This document shows positions 9,685 to 15,375 of a DNA stretch of 15,375 nt, piece after piece; position 1 is the first letter of the stretch, and every line of letters starts with the position of its first letter. The position numbers and the translations under genes are program-made. Origin of the DNA: Paraspadella gotoi (lineage: Eukaryota; Animalia; Chaetognatha); the NCBI GenBank assembly GCA_051294375.1, contig JBJCIZ010000052.1, forward strand, positions 1 to 15,375, read 5' to 3'. Below the pieces are notes generated by a model. That model had not been told where the DNA came from, did not search any database, and saw only the letters and a list, made by a program, of their open reading frames with translations.

Positions 9685-10970
9685 AAAAAACGAACGATCA
9701 CGTGCAAGAGAGAAAGAGACAGAAAAGAGAGAGAGAGAGAGAAAAGCTGAACAGACGCTGCAGAGGCGGAACTTGTTTAAAACTCGTTTACTCGTCGCAA
9801 GTGACGGTGGGTGAAAAAAAAGTGACTAAAAAAATAGGAGAGAGAGAAAGGGAGAGAGAGAGAGAGAGAGAAGAGAGAGAGGAAAGATAGAGAGAGAGAG
9901 GAGAAGAGAGAGAGAAAAGAGAGAGAGAGAGAGAGAGAAAGGAAGCTGAACAGACGCTGCAGAGGCGGATATTCGTTATAAGTTATTCTTACTTTTTCTA
10001 AAATTGGGTATCCAGGAAAATCTCGATGTAAATTTAGGATTTTGTATTAAAAAAAAAAGCGCGGAATAAATGGCGATAATAAAAGTTTTAAGAAGGAAAA
10101 AAATAATCAGAATTTTTAAAAAACGAACGATCAGGCATGAGATCGTACCGAGAAAAAGAGAGAAAGAGAGACAAGCTGACAGCTGCTGGAAGGGCCGCTG
10201 TACAGTCACTGCAGAGCCTGAACTCGGCTTTTCTAAAAAATTTTTTTTTTTCTTTTTTTTCTTTTTTTCTTTTCTAAAATTTTTTTTTTTTTTTTTTTTT
10301 TCTAAAAAAAGAAAAAATATATATATAATAGTTAAAGAAATAAAAGAAAGGCAAAAATATGTTACAATTGTTTACAATTGGAAATTTTTCCAATTTTTTT
10401 CCAATCGCAGCTTTGTAAAAGATTTTATTTTTATTTGTATTAAAATTAAGATATAGCTTCTCATTAAAAAAATCCTTGAGTTCCCATTTTTATTAAAAAT
10501 TTAAAACAAATTTTTTTAATTTCATCTTCAATATTATATACTGCAATATGTAAATTAGATTAAAAGCATTTCTATATACTAATTTGGATATTATAATGAG
10601 TACTTTAATCTCATTTGCATATTGCAGTAAATCATAATGAAGTGGAAATTCAAACAAAAAATATTTAAATCCAAATGTAATATGAAAATATCACAGCTAT
10701 TTCAAGATGAAAAGCCATATCTAAATTTTTAACTTACTATGATCGCACACTTTTGTAAAACTTTAGAATAATTCATAATAATTTTTATTTAAAAAAAAAC
10801 GGTAAGTCACAGCCAAACCTATAAAAAGCGTAGTAGTTTTTATATATGAAAACAGCGTGACGGACGACGACGACAACGACGACGACGACGACGACGACTA
10901 CGTCACAAAAAAGCAACCCTAAAAACATTATAGAGCCTGACCCGGCTTCGCGGTCAAGGCTCGATAAAAA
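9685..10970 (-). mobile_element. HINE family A copy A2, 3'-truncated
   Basis: Minus-strand start TTTTTATCGAGCCTTGACCGCGAAGCCGGGTCAGGCTC, then (GTC)n. 10334-10970 is the reverse complement of 11083-11732. 9976-10175 matches 11850-12050, and ~10170-10235 resembles 12840-12890. The left boundary is approximate. Confidence 0.8.
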
Positions 10971-11082
10971 GAGTAAAACGTTCTCAAAAATTAAAAAATC
11001 TATAGAGAAATCTACTATACTTAACAAATATACTGATGTTAATGTATATTTAGGACTAAGCTCTGACGAACAAAGCCCAAGG

Positions 11083-12885
11083 TTTTTATCAAGCCATGAC
11101 CGGCGAAGCCGGTTTAGGCTTGATATTGATTCGGGTGAGCTTCTTTGTGACGTAGTCGCCGTCGTCGTCGTCGCATCGTCGTCGGCGTCGTCGTCGTCGT
11201 CGTCGTCGTCGGCCGTACGCTGTTTTTTAAATAAAAACTACTACGGTTTTATAGGTTTGGCTGTGACTTACCGTTTTTTTTAAAATAAAAATTATTATGA
11301 ATTATGATAAAGTTTTACAAAGTGTGCATTCATAGTAAGTTAAAAATTTAGATATGGCTTCTCATCTTGAAATAGCTTTGATATTTTCTTATTATATTTG
11401 GATTTAAGTATTTTTTGTTTGAATTTCACTTCATATATGATTTACTGCAATATGCAAATGAGATTATAGTACTCATTATCATATCCAAATTAGTATATAG
11501 AAATGCTTTAAATCTAATTTACATATTGCAGTATATAATATTGAAGATGAAATTCAAAAATTTTTTTTAAATCTCTAATAAAAATGGGAACTCAAAATAA
11601 CTTTTTAATGAGAAGCTATATCTTAATTTTAATACAAATAAAATAAAATCTTTTACAAGCTGCGATTGGAAAAAATGGAAAAATTTCCAATTGTAAACAT
11701 TGTAACATTTTTTGCCTTTCTTTTATTTCTTTTATTCTTTTAATTCTTTTATTTCAGAAAAAACGTTATTTTTTATAGTTTCTTATGTATTAGTTCATAA
11801 CATTTATTAATAAAAAAAAATAAAAAAAAAAAAAAAAAGTGTCCAGCTTTGTCTCTCTTTCTTTCTCTTTCCTTTTCTGTCTCTTTCTCTCTTTACGATC
11901 TCTTGCGTGATCGTTCTTTTTTTGAAAAATTATGATTATGTTTTTTTTTCTAAAAACTTTTATTCGGGGCTTTTTTCTCAATACAAAATCCAAATTTACA
12001 ATCCGAGATTTTCGTGGATACATTTTAAAAAAAGTGAAGAATAACTTATATTGACATGCATTGTCAACATGTAAAATCAGCTAATGTGACTTATTATATA
12101 TGCCAGCACTTTCGCCGAACAATTATTTTTTTTTTTTTTTTTTTACCGTATTAATATGCATTACATTTAAAAAAAATAAATTTGTATTTATTTATTATTG
12201 TAACTTTGAACCGGTTGGCCCACTATTGGCAAATTAATATCTAAAATAGGAAGTTGATAAGAGAGATATAGTCAATTAAACATTACTTTTTTTTGTTATC
12301 TTGATATAATTTATACTATTATAATTTAAATATTTTTAGTGTATATATTTAATCATTTTTATCTTTTTTTAAAATAATAATTATTTGAGTTGTGATAACT
12401 ATTATAAATTAATTAAATATGCAAATATAAAATTGACCTCGGGTCTGGTTTCTTCCTAAAAAAGAACAATCAAAAATTTCATTCAAGATTAAAATTTTTA
12501 AATGAGAGAAAAAAAATATTTTGGAAGTCAAAAATATCATAGTCGTTAACTGAGTATTTTCAACTATATATTTTTGTTAATAGGGATTATAATTTTTGGA
12601 TTCATTATTATTGAAAAGAGTTTAGCTTTATCAAGTTTTTTTTCTTCTGAATAGGGGTAGCCCCTCTCAATGGGGTGAATCAAAAATTTAGTGTGGGAAC
12701 ATGCTCAAACGAAAATTTATGCATTTTTTAAGTTTACTTTCAATGTACAAAAAATTTCTTATATGGCTCTATACCCAAATATTTATTTTGTAATATTTTT
12801 TTTATAGAAAGGAAAAGAGTTCGTCCCTACTCATATTCGTCGGAAAATGAGTTCAGCTCTGCAGCGGCGGTCCGCGGCGGTCCAG

Positions 12886-12926
<41 letters not shown>

Positions 12927-13066
12927 TTCCTTCTAAAAACTTTTATTATCGCCATTTATTCCGCGCTTTTTTCTCAATACAAAATCCCAAATTTACATCC
13001 GAGATTTTCGTGGATTTTTTCCCTAAAAATTCTGATTGCGTTTCGTTGGCGGGAAAACTGTCCAGC

Positions 13067-13105
<39 letters not shown>

Positions 13106-13213
13106 ACTCATACACGCATTTGTTTGTTTTATTTACGATGAATGAATGACTATCATCGCAATCAATGAATGACTATCATCATGGCTTGATCCTTATGCTT
13201 TTAAGATTTTTTT
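11083..13213 (+). mobile_element. HINE/Helentron-like element family A, apparently complete copy A3 (~2.1 kb)
   Basis: T-run, then ATCAAGCCATGA (11088-11099) inside a 5' hairpin (ATCAAGCC-ATG-ACCGG-CGAAG-CCGGT-TTA-GGCTTGAT), then (GTC)n at ~11155-11210. The perfect inverted copy TCATGGCTTGAT lies at 13179-13190, about 20 bp before a terminal T-run. This asymmetric subTIR + hairpin + microsatellite layout is the DINE-1/HINE architecture. Confidence 0.82.
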
Positions 13214-13290
13214 AATATATTCTTATACCGGCCAAGGTAGAATGATGGAAATATTGTTAATATTAAGTTTCAAAAAAATCCAACATAAAG

Positions 13291-13533
13291 ACAGTAGCAT
13301 CCATCTAGAATTTCTGAGACGGCAAGCTCTGTAACTCGAGTACAAATGGAATTTTTAAAGAAAGCTTTTGTCTTGATATCGAGTACACATATTGCTACTC
13401 CCCCTTCGGTAAGCCATTGCTCTACGACACATTTTGGGACATCAGAACTTAGTGTAAAAAGATGCTTCAGCCAGATTTGAACCTGAAACCTTTGGTAACA
13501 TTGAAATCCGGCGCGCTAAGCACTCGGCCAAAT
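13291..13533 (-). mobile_element. tRNA-headed SINE-like element, copy 1
   Basis: Minus-strand A box TGGCCGAGTGC (13530-13520) and B box GGTTCAAATCT (13483-13473). The ~170-bp body is the reverse complement of ~14645-14812. No clear tail or TSD. Confidence 0.65.
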
Positions 13534-13729
13534 GATTTTCAAATAAATTTTGTACAAATTAAATTATATAAAGCTGTAGGTTCGCTTTTTAAATTTTTGG
13601 GGGAAACAAAAATTCAACGATCGAAGGCAGAGATTTCGACATCTGAGTCCCAAGTTTCCCGATTTGTGACAGAACGTCGCAACAAGACGATTAATACGAA
13701 GAAAGTGAATATCTGGCTTATTTTTAATG

Positions 13730-13762
<33 letters not shown>

Positions 13763-13937
13763 ATTGTTAATCTTTAAGCCGCGACGTTGAACTTTTTCAC
13801 CTTTCTTTTAAGATGTTTTATTAAGTGTTTTTAACTAGTTGCTTATTGTAATCAATATTAATAAAAGGCTAAGGATTGAGAGAATGAAAGAATGAAATCG
13901 TTTCGAAAAAAGAATAATCTAAGTTTTCGATTTGAAT

Positions 13938-13990
13938 AAAAACATATTTGAGCAAACAATGTCGGATCTGCCTACAATAATTAAGCAGAA
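13938..13990 (-). mobile_element. Extra 3' terminus of HINE family B
   Basis: TTTGAGCAAACAATGTCGGATCTGCC at 13947-13972 is identical to 14081-14106. Confidence 0.8.
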
Positions 13991-14073
13991 ATAAGCTAAT
14001 ACGATGATAATTCTTGGTAATGTTTTCTGACTTTAAATTTATGATCTTAACAGATCATAACACGTTGTAATAT

Positions 14074-14511
14074 AAAGAAGTTTGAGCAAACAATGTCGGA
14101 TCTGCCAACGATCATTATCGGTAATTAATTAATTATTAATTAATTCAAGTTAATTAATTAATAGGCAATTAATTAATTATTTTGATCCAAAATGTTTGTT
14201 TTGATTAAATATTGACTGATTAATTAATTATTGATTAATTGACTTATTATTTAACTGATTAATTATTTGATTAATTAATACATCTTGCATTTATATTTAA
14301 TATAAAAAGCATAATCAATTAGTGAAACACGTTTTTTTTGTTTTTTTCCATTTAAACTCTATTTCCACTCAGACGATTCAATCGAAACTTGATTTCCAGT
14401 TTAATCACACACTTTTCTACCCACATACAAATTTCAAGTCAATCTCCCCATCCACTCATGAGTAATTGGTGTTCAAATAGTGAATTTTTTTTTCCAGATC
14501 TGACTAAAAAA
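14074..14511 (-). mobile_element. HINE family B copy B3, internally deleted but retaining both ends
   Basis: 3' end GTTTGAGCAAACAATGTCGGATCTGCC, a TTAA tract, one core unit, and the 5' end CAGATCTGACTAAAAA (14495-14510). It lacks the GTCC microsatellite block. Confidence 0.82.
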
Positions 14512-14567
14512 GAAAAGAAAAATCAAATTTTATATTGAGGTTTTTGAATTCTTTTTTTTAAATAACG

Positions 14568-14812
14568 AGATGGCCGAGTGGTTAAAAACTAAGTCTTCGA
14601 CGCAGAATGGAATGGGTAGGATTCGAATCCCACTCAAAGTAAGCTTTTACAATAAACTGCTATGTCCCAAAGTGGTCGTAGAGCAATGGCTTACCAAAGG
14701 GGGAGTAGCCATATGAGTACACGATAACAAGACAAAAACTCTCTTTCAAATTATCATTTGTACCGAGTTACAGAGCTTGTCGTCTCAGAAATTCTAGACG
14801 GATGCTTACTGT
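14568..14812 (+). mobile_element. tRNA-headed SINE-like element, copy 2
   Basis: A box TGGCCGAGTGG (14571-14581) and B-box-like GATTCGAATCC (14620-14630); body shared with 13291-13460. Confidence 0.65.
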
Positions 14813-15375
14813 TATCACAATATTAACCAAATCTTCGGAAATCACCCCTTCTTTGGAAAGATTTTCGCCATAGAAGATTTTTCCCGAATCTGACTCCCGG
14901 TTGAAAATCTTAGAATTTCGATGTTAGCTCCTCTTTACTTTACTTTAATAAAAATTTCACCAAAATGGGACTACCATAATCGTATCATATCAAAATAACC
15001 AAATAAAATGTAAAGAAAAATTTTGAAAGCCCTTCAGACACTTTGCCAAAGGATTCCAAAATTGGACCTCATTTGTTGAACAGGAACATACCTCAGTCAC
15101 GTTTTATCGTTTTCAAGGAAAAAAAATCCCTTTTATTTCTATATAAAATCAGAGATAGAAAATTTTTCATCGAGAAGCAGTCTATTGTTCTGGCTTGTTT
15201 GATATCAAGATGTTGAATGATTTGACAAGAGAAAAAAAATGCGAGCCCTTTCAGATGCAACAGGATCGGAATCAAGTGGTTTTTACATCGATATTTTACC
15301 AGAATTTTTACCAGGAGCGTTTATATTGTTTGGTAGTCAGATATTTGAAACGAAAATCTCCATTGAAAAACGTCT

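Noticed and set aside
10334-11732. Single foldback/MITE with ~640-bp TIRs
   Set aside because: No TSD at the outer ends, homology continues beyond the arms, and each arm begins with an independent HINE 5' end also seen alone at 4807-4828.
12650-12790. Possible DNA-transposon fragment inside copy A3 (absent from A1)
   Set aside because: No TIR, TSD or second copy in the window to define it.
14568-14640. Functional tRNA genes here, at 13465-13533 or at 3020-3085
   Set aside because: A/B boxes are present, but I could not build convincing acceptor and anticodon stems, and each is attached to a repeated body.
271-15275. All ORFs in the supplied track
   Set aside because: They are short, overlap microsatellites, low-complexity DNA, the N gap or non-coding transposon sequence, and show no recognisable domain (no transposase, RT or Rep/helicase motifs).

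Overview
This is AT-rich, repeat-dense eukaryotic DNA, most likely an invertebrate draft assembly, with a 626-N gap at 4181-4806. I cannot support any protein-coding gene, rRNA, intact tRNA or CRISPR array; the supplied ORFs come from microsatellites, low-complexity DNA or the N run. Most of the window is stacked non-autonomous transposons whose ends can be read directly. (1) A three-level nest: a 49-bp-TIR element with a 2-bp TSD (2718-5486) contains a Helentron/HINE-like element (about 2830-4828). That element contains a 257-bp LTR-like insert with a 4-bp TSD and internal Pol III A/B boxes (2877-3133), resembling tRNA-bearing Helenus-type LTRs. (2) A hAT-type MITE with an 8-bp TSD (6354-7326). 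(3) A ~0.8-kb tandem duplication that copies the ends of elements (1) and (2). (4) Two HINE/DINE-1-like families; two copies of family A sit back-to-back and form a ~1.4-kb quasi-palindrome (10334-11732). (5) A divergent pair of tRNA-headed SINE-like elements. Identities were judged by eye and family assignments rest on terminal structure only, with no database search.
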